From Podarcis liolepis (taxonomy: Eukaryota), in the NCBI GenBank assembly GCA_965112155.1, contig OZ218099.1: a stretch of DNA of 64,000 nt, one strand, 5' to 3'. The notes under the pieces were generated by a model. It was not told the origin of the DNA, searched no databases, and saw only the letters and a program-made list of their open reading frames with translations. Each line of letters opens with the position of its first letter. Positions within the stretch are counted from its first letter, which is position 1. Shown here in pieces: positions 1 to 11,575 of the stretch. A program made the position numbers and the translations under genes.

Positions 1-1207
1 ACAAGCCTGGTAGATGAAGGGAACGCAGTGGATGTAGCCTACCTTGATTTCAGCAAGGCATTTGACAAGGTGCCCCATGATATTCTTGTAAAGAAGCTGG
101 TAAAATGCGGTCTTGACTATGCTACCACTCAGTGGATTTGTAACTGGCTGACTGACCGAACCCAAAGGGTGCTCATCAATGGTTCCTCTTCATCCTGGAG
201 AAGAGTGACTAGTGGGGTGCCACAGGGTTCTGTCTTGGGCCCGGTCTTATTCAACATCTTTATCAACGACTTGGATGATGGACTCAAGGGCATCCTGATC
301 AAATTTGCAGATGACACCAAACTGGGAGGGGTGGCTAACACCCCAGAGGACAGGATCACACTTCAAAACGACCTTGACAGATTAGAGAACTGGGCCAAAA
401 CAAACAAGATGAATTTTAACAGGGAGAAAAGTAAAGTATTGCACTTGGGCAAAAAAAAAAATAAATAAAAATGAGAGGCACAAATACAAGATGGGTGACA
501 CCTGGCTTGAGAGCAGTAGATGTGAAAAGGATCTAGGAGTCTTGGTTGACCACAAACTTGACATGAGCCAACAGTGTGACACGGCAGCTAAAAAAGCCAA
601 AGCAATTCTGGGCTGCATCAATAGGAGTATAGCATCTAGATCAAGGGAAGTAATAGTGCCACTGTATTCTGCTCTGGTCAGACCTCACCTGGAGTACTGT
701 GTCCAGTTCTGGGCACCACAGTTCAAGAAGGACACTGACAAACTGGAACGTGTCCAGAGGAGGGCAACCAAAATGGTCAAAGGCCTGGAAACGATGCCTT
801 ATGAGGAACGGCTAAGGGAGCTGGGCATGTTTAGCCTGGAGAAGAGGAGGTTAAGGGGTGATATGATAGCCATGTTCAAATATATAAAAGGATGTCATAT
901 AGAGGAGGGAGAAAGGTTGTTTTCTGCTGCTCCAGAGCAATGGATCCAAACTACAAGACACGGAGCAATGGATCCAAACTACAAGAAAGAAGATTCCACC
1001 TAAACATTAGGAAGAACTTCCTGACGGTAAGAGCTGTTCAAAAGTGGAATTTGCTGCCAAGGAGTGTGGTGGAGTCTCCTTCTTTGGAGGTCTTTAAGCA
1101 GAGGCTTGACAACCATATGTCAGGAGTGCTCTGATGGTGTTTCCTGCTTGGCAGGGGGTTGGACTCGATGGCCCTTGTGGTCTATTCCAACTCTATGATT
1201 CTATGAA
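1..1207 (+). mobile_element. CR1 LINE, 3' portion (RT domain and 3' UTR), frameshifted; runs off the left edge
   Basis: ORFs 28-468 and 491-1003 carry RT motifs ([26 protein letters not shown]) and the CR1 C-terminus ([17 protein letters not shown]). The element ends in a 3' stem-loop and an ATTCTATG-type tail at ~1191-1207. An A-rich insertion at 451-470 breaks the frame. Confidence 0.95.
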
Positions 1208-1462
1208 TAAGGAAGTGTTGCTCTGTAGACTACAGGTAATTTGCATCTTACATGATGGTTCAGTTCTGGGAGTCCACATATAATGCAAAAATGTGCAAAA
1301 CCGGGAACTGGTCTTCTTTGGGTGTGAGGGCTCCAGGATGTTGCCAGAGCCCTAGCACTGCCTTCCCAAAGCCAGGTAAGTCGGTAATCACAGCCTTGTG
1401 CGGGTGGGTGGAGAATAAATAAATGGAGAGTGGGTTTCCCCTGCTCTCCATGTATTTAATAA

Positions 1463-1780
1463 TTCTTCTTCCTTAGCGTTCACTCGTAGCTGAGTAAGAT
1501 TGTCTTCCATAAACATGGTTTTAACAATGAGTCCATAAGTGACTGTGGAGGCCAATGCTGGCTCCACATGTCCTTCTACAGTGGGGACATTGGATTCCGG
1601 GTGGGAGTTGATCACTGTGTGGATTTGCCAAGCATGCCTTCCTCTTAGCACATTTCTCCCTTGCATCTGGAGTTTGAGTGTCTTCAAAGTCCATGACACC
1701 TTTGGTAAAGGCTGTTCTCCAATTGGAGCGCTCGCAGGCAAGTGTTTCCCAATTGTTGCTGTTTATACTACTTTTTTAAA
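1463..1780 (-). mobile_element. RTE-clade LINE 3' fragment
   Basis: The minus strand reads ...GIQCPHCRRTCGASIGLHSHLWTHC* (C-terminal C2H2 finger typical of RTE-1-like ORFs), followed by a short 3' UTR and a (GAA)n tail at ~1463-1472. Confidence 0.75.
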
Positions 1781-1894
1781 TACCCCCCTGCACACAGCTG
1801 CCATTGTGTAAGTAAAATAAGTGTAAGATGTGAGTTACCTGTATACTCTTGAACTGGCACCTACACTAATATGTAATTGCTGCTTCTCCTGCAG

Positions 1895-4800
1895 CCTTGC
1901 AACGAACGCCACTGTCTGCTACTCTCTCCCTGGTTATGTCCCAATGTTGTAAGAAGATCAAAGACACAGTGCAGAACCTAGCTTCAGACCACAAAGACAT
2001 TCACAGCAGTATTTCTCGTGTGGGCAAAGCAATCGATAGGGTGAGTAGGTTTCAGGAGCAAGGTGGGAACCCAAGCATTTAAAACTGAAAACTTGATGAG
2101 TTTTGAGAGCAAATGTTTTTCTTGCATGTGCTCCATCACCCTATATAGAGCTCATTATTGAAACATGGGTCTTTAATGGATTAGTGCAGTGTGCATCTTC
2201 TCTCCTGTATTGTGCTTTGACTACATCCACACTGCCTGATTTTACCAAGCCCACAAATGTCTCCCTGTTTTTCCAACCTGCAGAACTAGTGTCTTTCCTC
2301 TGTGTTGACACTGAAACCTAGAATTCTGCATAAAAGAATACAGTCATACCTCAGGTTGCCGACGCTGTGGGTTGCACGTTTTCGGGTTACAGACATGCTG
2401 AACCCGGAAGTACCGGAATGGGTTACTTCCGGGTTTTGGCGCTCACGCATGCACAGAAGCGCTAAATCATGCTTTGCGCATGCGCAGAAGTGCCAAATCA
2501 CGTCACACGCGTGCACAGACGTGGTGCTGCGGGTTGCGAACGCTGCAGGTTGCGAACATGCCTCCCGCATGGATCACGTTCACAACCCAAGGTTCCACTG
2601 TATTAGATTGTCCAGAGTTCAGTATTTCTAGTAAACACAGGTGTGCTTTGTATTGGCTAAACAAGGGTGGCTCCTGTTTTTTCTTTTTCTTCACAGACAT
2701 GGTTTAAATGGGATTAGTTTTGGTTTTGCGGGGCTAGGAGTAAAAGCATGGGGGGCATTAAGCAGAAGAATCAGAGTTGAATCTTGTGAGAATTTCCTTG
2801 ACTATTGCCAAGGAGAGGGATATTATTTAAGCCTTGATAGTGAACATGACTAGAAACCATTGCAAACTCTGTTCATGCCATGATAATGTGATCTCTCTGC
2901 AGTTGCCAGGATGGCAACCCACCTTGCTTTCCAGCATGCATAATAAGTTCCATCAAATGACTACACCCCCTTTTTAAACTCAAAGCTGAAGAACTAGTGG
3001 CAAGCACTGTGGGAAGCCCAGATCATGAATAAGTGTTTGGAGTTGAAACCAGTTATTCAGCTGTTGTCATTTAAGAAATTGAAGGAAGTTCTCCTGCCTC
3101 AACTGAGGATTGGGCCTAGGGTCCCTCCCCATCAGTACCTATGGAGAGGAAGACTTAACCCATGTGCTTTCCTTTTGCTGTTACATCAAGAGCATCCACA
3201 TTTCTCCAGCACACAACAAACCTTTCTACCTATCCAATTCCTTGCTCTGAGGTTCCTTAGCTCTGTTGCTTGCCTGTCGTCTTTTCTCTCAGACTGTTTA
3301 AATTACTGGAAACAAATTACTGACAAGAATGCCCCTGAATTTGAAAAAAGACTTGCATGGGGTGCAATATGGCTGCCATTACTGTGTCCAAAACTTCAGT
3401 ATACTTCTCTAGCTGTCTGTAGATACTGCCAAATTCATAGTGATATGGGATGACAGCTAGTATTGTACTCAATGCTGATGGAAAGCCACTTATTGTTCTA
3501 GGATCTGGAATACTACTTGTTATGGGGCTTTCTTTAGTGAATGACTGACTCCTTGTTCTGTTCCAGCATTTTGATGCTGATTTGTGTGGCATTGTTCCTG
3601 CTATGGTCTGGGAGTCTCAAGAGAAGCAGATCCTGGTGTTGGCCATCATAGAGCACCTCTACCAACAAGGGATGCTGGGAGTGGCGGAGGAACTGTGTCA
3701 GGTACAGGGGTTTGAGGAGATGGAAGTGCAAATGTTATTTGCATGGTGTATGGGAACCGATAGTTGTATCTCTACATTGTGCCATGGCGCTGCTTGGTAT
3801 TGGCCATTGAGATGTGCCAGGAAAGGTCTCTGTTTACTGCTTGCATATGCAGGAGGATCAGAAGCTTGAACCTCCCAGCCAGTTCCACTGCAAAGTACAA
3901 CAAGCTGCCTATTCTGCTGCCTGTTCTATCCAACCTGCAGAGGATGGATATGTACTTGACAGCCTCCCTCTGGGAATATTTACCTTGCCTTGAGCCTTGT
4001 TCTGATTTGGCTTGCCCTTCCACAGGAATCCACTGTGAATGTGGATGTAGACTTTAAAAAGCCATTCCTGGAACTTAACAGCATATTGGAAGCTCTGCAC
4101 AAACAGGATCTGGAGCCTGCTCTGAGGTAAGAATGATGAGCTATATTCTGTTTCCCCTCTTAGGAAGTACTGTGGGAGAGGAAACAGAGTCCTAACATGA
4201 TGTAGAGCCTATGGCAAGGACCATTGGGGGAACCACACTCCTCATTATCAGTGAGCCTATCCGCTCTACGGGTCTGCCATCTTTTCTCTTCCAACAAGCA
4301 CTGAGAAGTTCTGCTTGTTTTGTTTTCACTCATTATCTTCTACACAAGGCCAGGGTATTCCTGTAATAAGATACCTGAATTTGTGAGCTCACAGCATGCT
4401 GAGAAAATGCTGCTGCAACCTGCCTCAGACCAGGTTGTCCACAAATATGTAGCTTGGATTGGAGTAGCACCCACTTTAAGGGCAACTTTCTATGTAGATG
4501 ATGGCATTGAGCAGTGTTGTCTCTTGCTCAGTTGGGCAGTCTTTCACCGACAGCAGCTGGCAGAAATGAACAGCAATCTGGAGTTCCGGCTGCATCGACT
4601 CCACTTCATTAGGCTCCTTGCTGGCGGTCCAGGCAAGGAGCTAGAGGCCCTGAGCTACGCACGCCATTTCCAGCCCTTTGCTCACCTGCATCAGCAAGGT
4701 GAGGCTGTTTCCAGAAGCCTACTCTGCTACTTGTTCCTTGGGAGGAGCTTTCTTGCCTTTAGGCTGTTTCTCTGGGCCTTGCCGCACCCAACAGGGCTCC

Positions 4801-6536
4801 TATTTTGTTGCTTCAAAGTCTTTGGAGTTTCCCTTTTTAGTAGGGGAAGTCTTGGGAGTTGTTGACTCAGCCTGGTCATTGTTATAGGTATCACCATTTC
4901 CTAATAACTGGTTCCATAACAGGCCAGCCCCGTTAGCAAAAGTATGTTTACCTGAGTGCTGCTTCCTGCATTTTTCATCTGCAGAGATCCAGGTGATGAT
5001 GGGCAGCCTGGTGTACCTGCGCTTGGGCCTTAAGAATTCTCCATATAGGCATCTTCTGGATGAGAGTCAGTGGACTGAGATTTGTGAGATATTCACTCGT
5101 GATGCCTGTGCCCTATTAGGTCTCTCAGTGGAGTCACCTCTGAGTGTCAGGTAAAGCTTGTTATGGGTGGGACTGGCGGTGGATTGAGCAGTGCTGAGCT
5201 ATCTCCTCCCTCCTTCTCTCTTGGCAGCTTTGCTGCAGGATGTGTAGCACTGCCGGTGCTGATGAACATCAAGGCTGTGATTGAGCAGAGACAGTGCACG
5301 GGTGTCTGGAGCCACAAAGATGAGCTGCCTGTGAGTGCCTGGCCCATTCAGGGGTAGGGTGCTATGAGAGAGCTGCAGGGTGGGGATATTTTTGTGGAAG
5401 AAAATTAACAATAACAACCAGGTCATGGGCCTAATTATTTTCTGCTTGTTTTATCAGATTGAAATTGAGCTTGGGATGAAATGCTGGTACCACTCGGTCT
5501 TTGCGTGTCCCATTTTGCGCCAGCAGACAACTGATTCTAATCCACCCATCAAGCTCATCTGTGGGCATGTTATTTCTCGAGATGCCCTTAACAAGCTCAT
5601 CAATGGAGGGAAGTGAGTGGTTTTTACAAACTGTTGTTACTTTCCTCAATTCTGGGAGGCTGTGGATGACGAACTCTTGCCTGAAATCTTGAAGTATCCA
5701 GGGTCTCCTACCTGTGAAGTGCTGTGGTCACCCCGACAGGATTAGATTCCCCACATCTCATTTCCATGTACTGTATTTTTTGCTCTATAAGACACATTTT
5801 TCCCCTCCTAAAAAGTAGGGAAATGTTTGTGCGTCTTATGGAGCGAATGCAGGCTGCGCAGCTATCCCAGAAGCCAGAACAGTGAGAGGGATTGCTGGCC
5901 TTCATCCCGCTGCCCTGAAGAGGCTGCGCAGCTGTCCCAGAAACCAGAAGAGCAAGAGGGATCAGTGCGCACCGATCCCTCTTGCTGTTCTGGCTTCGGA
6001 GATAGCCACACAAAGCCTCTTGAGCGCAGCAGGATCGCTCCTGCATGTTTGTTCAAGGTGCTTTGCATTGCTTTCTTGTTTCTTGTTTTCCTCCTCGCGT
6101 GCGTCTTATAGAACGAAAAATACAGCAGTTTCTCACTATCATTTTATTTTTTGGACTACATGTTAGTTTCACTGTGTCTGCTGCCCTCTGCTGGGTAACT
6201 AGGTCATACTGCAATTGCTATAGTAAGGGGGACCTTAGCACTTCTCCTTGTAGTTTCTTAGTAACTGGCAAGCCCAAGGCCAAATCAGACTTGTTAACAG
6301 GGCAGAGAAGAGAGTGAGGTAGTGGACCAAACACCAGGACTTGCTAGTGGTCTACTGGAAGTATGGGTCTGGGTCAGCTTCCTGCTTATCTGCTTTAGTG
6401 ATCTGGTAGGACTACTTGCCAATGAGAATTCTAAGGCCTTGTTTTGATTCTGATCTTTCTTTCTTTGTGCAGGCTGAAGTGTCCATATTGTCCCATGGAG
6501 CAGAGCCCAGCTGATGGAAAACGCCTAATCTTTTGA
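1895..6536 (+). CDS. RMND5B: RMND5B, CTLH/GID E3 ligase RING subunit (first coding exon is upstream of the window)
   Basis: Exons 1895-2040, 3567-3701, 4026-4126, 4532-4698, 4985-5150, 5228-5330, 5458-5612, 6473-6536 (TGA 6534-6536), all GT-AG and in frame. Peptides [45 protein letters not shown]...[27 protein letters not shown] match RMND5B, and the position next to NHP2 fits B rather than A. Confidence 0.95.
2341..2600. mobile_element. Tc1/mariner (Tigger-like) MITE
   Basis: TA on both sides; imperfect TIRs CAGTCATACCTCAGGTTG / CAACCCAAGGTTCCACTG; CpG-rich interior with short palindromes. Confidence 0.75.
5771..6125. mobile_element. Mariner/pogo-like MITE with internal direct and inverted repeats
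   Basis: TIRs CTGTATTTTTTGCTCTATAAGAC / GTCTTATAGAACGAAAAATACAG, with TA at the left. A related shorter element lies at 59427-59595. Confidence 0.75.
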
Positions 6537-8175
6537 TAATGGCATGCCTTGGAGATGTTCTGTTGAAAATAGGCTATTGGGATAATGCTTGATGGAAAGT
6601 GGCATATGCTGGCAGGAATGGTCTTTGCTGTGAACAGTATTAGCTGCTACACTCTGGGAACTGACTGTAGCTTACTGGGCCAGAGGAGAGCAATCTTATG
6701 TCTACTGTAAGCCAAGCCACATTATTCTGTACTCCTCGCAACATACTGCTTCCTAGGATTCTTCCTGGGAGCTTTAACTGGCAGTGATCCTTCCTAGCAA
6801 GATGGTTTACACTCTCCCCATGCATAGCTCTACTTGTTGAGATACAGCTTGTATCACAAATAGTACAGGGAGCTGTTGCTATTTTTAAAACACTTCAAGA
6901 TAAATCTAGGTCTTTTTTTCTGTTTCAATCCATCAGTTTGAGGGGGGCGGGGAGTCTTAGAGCTGCCTTTCTCTGCTTTTGACAATGGGAAGGATGGAAT
7001 TTAAGTTGGGAGAAGTATGCTAGAAACTTGGCTTACTGCTATTTTGAAGAAAAGTTTAAAATAGGTTGGAAATGCAATGGTGAAAATATTTGAATCAACA
7101 AAGGTGGAATTTGGGCCCTCTGTGTACTAATACACAGTGTAGCTCTTCAAAAAACAAGGGATAAGTAATAAGGTGTATTGTTTCCTAATGAAAATAACAC
7201 AAGTGAAAAACTGGGACAGCACTATATTAAAGAAATTCATACTTTATGACAGGTACATGATAGCAGCTTGCTGCTTTTGAGTGTTAGAAAGCCTAGCAAA
7301 GCTACTTTATCCATTGTGAAGGAGTAGAAAATGGAGAAAGTACCATGACTTTGTGCAGGTTGAGAAAGCTGGTAGAATAGTAACTATCATTGAGACATCC
7401 TTAAAAGTAGGTATACAGTCTATTTTATTCAAGAAATTTGAAGTAATCCTTTCCCCTCTTGCTGACAATTCACAGCATTTGCAAGTACTCATTAAGGTTA
7501 CAGAAACACATCAGAATCTGACTAGGTGAACTATTTTAGGCAATGGTCCTAAAAAAGCTCTATAATATGCGAGAATGGGGGTATGGATAATTAACAGGGA
7601 TCTTGAATCTGATTTAGAGATTTGAACTCCCTTGGAACTAGATCCGAAAGTAATATTAAAACAACTGGCAGTGTTTAAATCTGTGTTGCTTGAAGTCTGA
7701 AAGCTTTGAAAGTTGTGCCCATCTTTATTAGAACGGTGAGGGTAAATAGTTTAAAGCTGTAGGCGCAGGAGTTGGGGCCTACAAGTTGCACTTTAATTAG
7801 ATTTTTGTTGTTTAAAAAATGCAGTAGTTTGGAGTATCTGGAATAACAGTGGATGTGAAGATCTGCAGTAGCCTGGAGAGACATTTAAAGATACTTTTTC
7901 TGATGCCACAGAAACCCTTTGACATCAAAGGGTTTTCTCACACTGCATGTATTCTTAGTTTTTCTTCCTCCGAGGCACCAGGAACTGTTAAACCCAGGAT
8001 AGAGATGGATGGCATGGAAATACAGCTAAATAAATTTCTTTTCAGCAAACTTGTGTATGGTTTTTGGTGTTGATATATTTAGAACCAAAAAGAAAATTTT
8101 CCTTAAAGCAGACACGTTCTTGACAATATTGGTTTTAAAGCCTCCCAGCAGAGCAAAACTCTTACACAAGTGTAG

Positions 8176-8472
8176 TAATAATAATAATAATAATTTATTA
8201 TTTATACCCCCGCCCATCTGCCTGGGTTTCCCCAGCCACTCTGGGTGGCTTCCAACAAAATATTAAAATACAACAGTCTGTCAAGCATTAAAGGCTTCCC
8301 TAAACAGGGCTGCCTTCAGATGTCTTCTAAAAGTCTGGTAGTTGTTTTTCTTTTTGATATCTGGTGGGTGTTCCACAGGGCGGGTGCCACTACTGAGAAG
8401 GCCCTCTGCCTGGTTCCCTGTAACTTGGCTTCTCGCAGCGAGGAAACCACCAGAAGGCCCTCGGCGCTGGAC
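8176..8472 (-). mobile_element. L2 LINE 3' end
   Basis: The minus strand encodes RAFSVVAPALWN (L2 ORF2 C-terminus), followed by the 3' UTR GGAAGCCACCCAGAGTGGCTGGGGAAACCC and a (TTA)n tail. Confidence 0.8.
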
Positions 8473-8524
8473 TTATCTGAACTATCCATCTCTCTTCACC
8501 ATGCATTCTGTGTTTGCTTGTATT

Positions 8525-8735
8525 ATTTATTTTTATTTTATTAAATATATATCCCACCTTTCCTTCAAGGAGCTCGAGGTGGCATAAATGGCTTTCCCTC
8601 CCCATAAACACAACAATCTTATGAGGTAGATTAGCCTGATGGCAGTGACCACTAGTCCAAGGTCACTCAGTGAACTTCATAGCAAGTGGGGATTTGAACA
8701 CTGAACTCGCAGGCCCTAGTCCAACACTACACCAC
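8525..8735 (-). mobile_element. MIR-like SINE (degenerate)
   Basis: Core-like text CCAAGGTCACTCAGTGAACTTCAT...GGGGATTTGAAC (reverse B-box) and an AT-rich tail. Confidence 0.5.
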
Positions 8736-9508
8736 AATGGTCTAGATTACATAAGTCTGGAGAAGGGAAATAGCTGGAGGCTAACTAAGGCTACACTTCT
8801 ATGGTCCCTGGAAGGGCATCTCAGAGGCGCTATTTCTTGGGGGGGGGGGAATCTCTCAAGTGCAGAGGAGAAGCTGACAGTGGTGCTTCTTTAAAAAGTC
8901 CAAGGATGTTTAAAAGGGAGAAGCTGTGGACCTACAGGCCCCAAAGTTCTCCTGTTGCCCCAGCCCAGGGGAAAAAACTATGACAGCCCCCACACTGAAA
9001 TAAATGGGACGGACACTGCTGAAGGGAGAAAACAACACCCACTGCCACTACCTGCCCTGCCAAAACAGGGATATTGCAGTTTCTCTACCATGTGTGGATT
9101 GATCAGCTTACACATTAAATTTAAAAATCATTTATGTGTCTACTTCAAGTGGAAGAATGTAAAAGTTGGTGAACACTTCACCTTGGAAAGGATAAGTTGT
9201 GGTATGTAGGGGTAAATAGTGTGTTGTAATAGACACTACACAACATTACAAGTGTTTTAATTAGTTTAATCTTTCCGCCTCCCCGCCCCAAGCTTCACAA
9301 ACTTCCCTTGCTGCAAGACAAGTCAAAAACTTCTTTCTAAATCAGTTGCTTAATATCTGGCACTTGAAGCGGGTATGAGCCACAGGGCTGGTGACAGTGC
9401 CAACTGCAGCATTCTCTTCATTGCACGGCTCCTCTAAAATCAGGGTCAAGCTACTGCCCAGGCAAGTGCCTGTTTGTCAGTCTTAGTAGCATCTCTTACT
9501 GATGTTCT

Positions 9509-10746
9509 TCACAAAGGGAGGGGAAGAGCCTCCACCTCTTCCATACACTCATCATAGGCTTCCTGATATTCCTCATGGGGCTTGATCATGATAACACACG
9601 TTGGTCGCTTTGAACCTGCAGCTGCTCCCAAGTCCTGAAAGAAAAAAAATATGAAAGCAGCATTCAGTTTCCTAATTCACATACAAGTTTCCCTTGTTTA
9701 CTTTAAGCAACAAACGGACCTTGTGCCAATTCACATGGAGAAATTATATAAATGCCAGCTGCGTGAAACTGCTCTTCTAGAATAGCCAAGATTTCTGTTC
9801 CTTATCAGGATGCAGGTCTATGGTGAAGAATAAAAATTCTACAAGAAATGGAAGCCTCCTTCTACTTCCCCACCCTACATTACCGTTTTGGAAGGGATGT
9901 AGACATATGGAAGGCTCCTGTCTTCACACATGATGGGAATGTGGCAATAGACATCAATAGGAAGTGTGTCTCCTGCAAGAACTGTGATCCTAAGAGAGAC
10001 AGACAATGCAGCATCAGCAACAAAAATAAGACCAGAGCAATGCAAGTAGAGAAGACAACACATTAAAACAGATATATTATGAATCTTTCCAAATATTTGA
10101 TATTGTAATACAGGTATAATCCTGTGTATACGTATCAAATTGTGCTTCATCTCTGCAGTCATAATTTGCACAAATAAGAGATTTCAAGCATGCATGTACA
10201 CACATAAGGGAGCAGGTGAAATAGCTCACTGAGGCAAGTAGGTCCATGCAAGGCAAAAAACTTACTATGCAGAGCCAACTGAAAACGAGGTCTGATGAAA
10301 AGGATTAAAATCTGTTTTTGCTGGGCAAAGTATACTCATTTGCATGCAAGACACCCTTACTCATTCTCACACACAACCAGATTGTTTCTCTGGTGATGAT
10401 GCCTTCAAGGATGAAGGCCTTCAAATGTTACAAATCTGATAATCCCTAAAAATTAGCTATGCTAGCTGTGACTAAGAGGAGATGTGTATTAGCACAGCCT
10501 TCGCCAATCAGGTGCCCTTCAGGTGATGTGGACTACAACTCCCATCAGCTGTGCTGGCTGGGGCCCTGAGCTGTAGCCAAAATATCTGGAAGGCACCATT
10601 TTGGCAATGACTGCACTAAAAGCAGAGTCCCTTCAGTCCCTTTGTCTCTTGCACCAACAGAATCACAGGATTATAAACTAGTTGAGGATTATTTGAAAGC
10701 TTGCAACCCGGAACATCTCAGAAAATGTCATCTACTGATTCCAAAG

Positions 10747-10787
<41 letters not shown>

Positions 10788-10824
10788 TAAACAATACATG
10801 TCTATATCTCTCTCCGATAGATAG

Positions 10825-10859
<35 letters not shown>

Positions 10860-11333
10860 GGATTTCCTAACACGGCGAGAGTAGGGACCAGACCTGGCGA
10901 ACCAGACTGGCTCCGAATTCAAGACCTGAACTGCTAGCGTCAGGCAGCGGCATGGAGAGGGAAAGAAGGCACATCGCGTCGCAACGGCGCGCAGTTCTTA
11001 CCCCTTCTCGCCTTTGTTGATGAATTTCTGGACCTCTTTCACCCCACGCCGGATCTGCTTCTGCTTCGATGCTGCAAGTCAAACGGGAGAGTTTCCAGCA
11101 AGGGTTGGTGGACGGAGCCCTCACCCACCACCCACGAAAGCCGGACTGCCCTCCTTCCCCTCTCCTGCACGCGCACCTTTCTTGATGCACTTGTACAGCT
11201 TGCGCGTCAACTTGCGGGAGGCCAGAGGCCGCGCGATGGCGTTCACGTTCTCCACCAGCTCGTGGTACGACTTCTCCGGGGTCGCCTCGGGCTCCGGCTC
11301 TTCCCTCGACTCCTGGTGCTTGGCTTTGCCCAT
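9509..11333 (-). CDS. NHP2: NHP2, H/ACA ribonucleoprotein subunit 2 (L7Ae family), 152 aa
   Basis: Exons 11333-11177, 11071-11002, 9989-9884, 9634-9509 total 459 nt, all GT-AG. Peptides PLASRKLTRKLYKCIKKA, QIRRGVKEVQKFINKGEKG, LAGDTLPIDVYCHIPIMCEDRSLPYVYIPSKTDLGAAAGSKRPTC. Confidence 0.97.
10748..10858. repeat. (TG)n and (GACA)n microsatellites in NHP2 intron 2
   Basis: TG run at 10748-10786; AGAC run at ~10829-10858. Confidence 0.95.
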
Positions 11334-11575
11334 CTTTGCCGCCGAAAGAACACAGACCCACGTGCGGCCACTTCCGCTCCTGACCCTCCCAGAGCAAGGA
11401 ACTCTGGGAAGGCAACCATAGAGCTCAAGGGGAGGGAAACACATTGTTTCCGGTCACCCGGCCGGCTCTGCCATCATCCAATAGAAAAGCGACTTTTAGG
11501 AAAAGTGCCGCCCTCCCCTTCCTCTTCGGAGCAGGTTTCCCAGCAAGCATCGCGCTTGTTGGCGTCTTCGGGAAG
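11334..11575. promoter_or_regulatory. Bidirectional CpG-island promoter shared by NHP2 and BRD8
   Basis: Only 242 bp separate the divergent ATGs, within a CpG-rich stretch at ~10870-11660. ETS-like CACTTCCG at ~11369, CCAAT at 11478-11482, ZNF143/Staf-like TTCCCAGCAAGCATCGCG at 11537-11554, and YY1 AAGATGGCGGC over the BRD8 ATG. Confidence 0.85.

Noticed and set aside
10392-10439. C/D snoRNA-like GTGATGA...CTGA in NHP2 intron 2
   Set aside because: It is antisense to the host gene, very short, and has no convincing terminal stem or recognisable guide.
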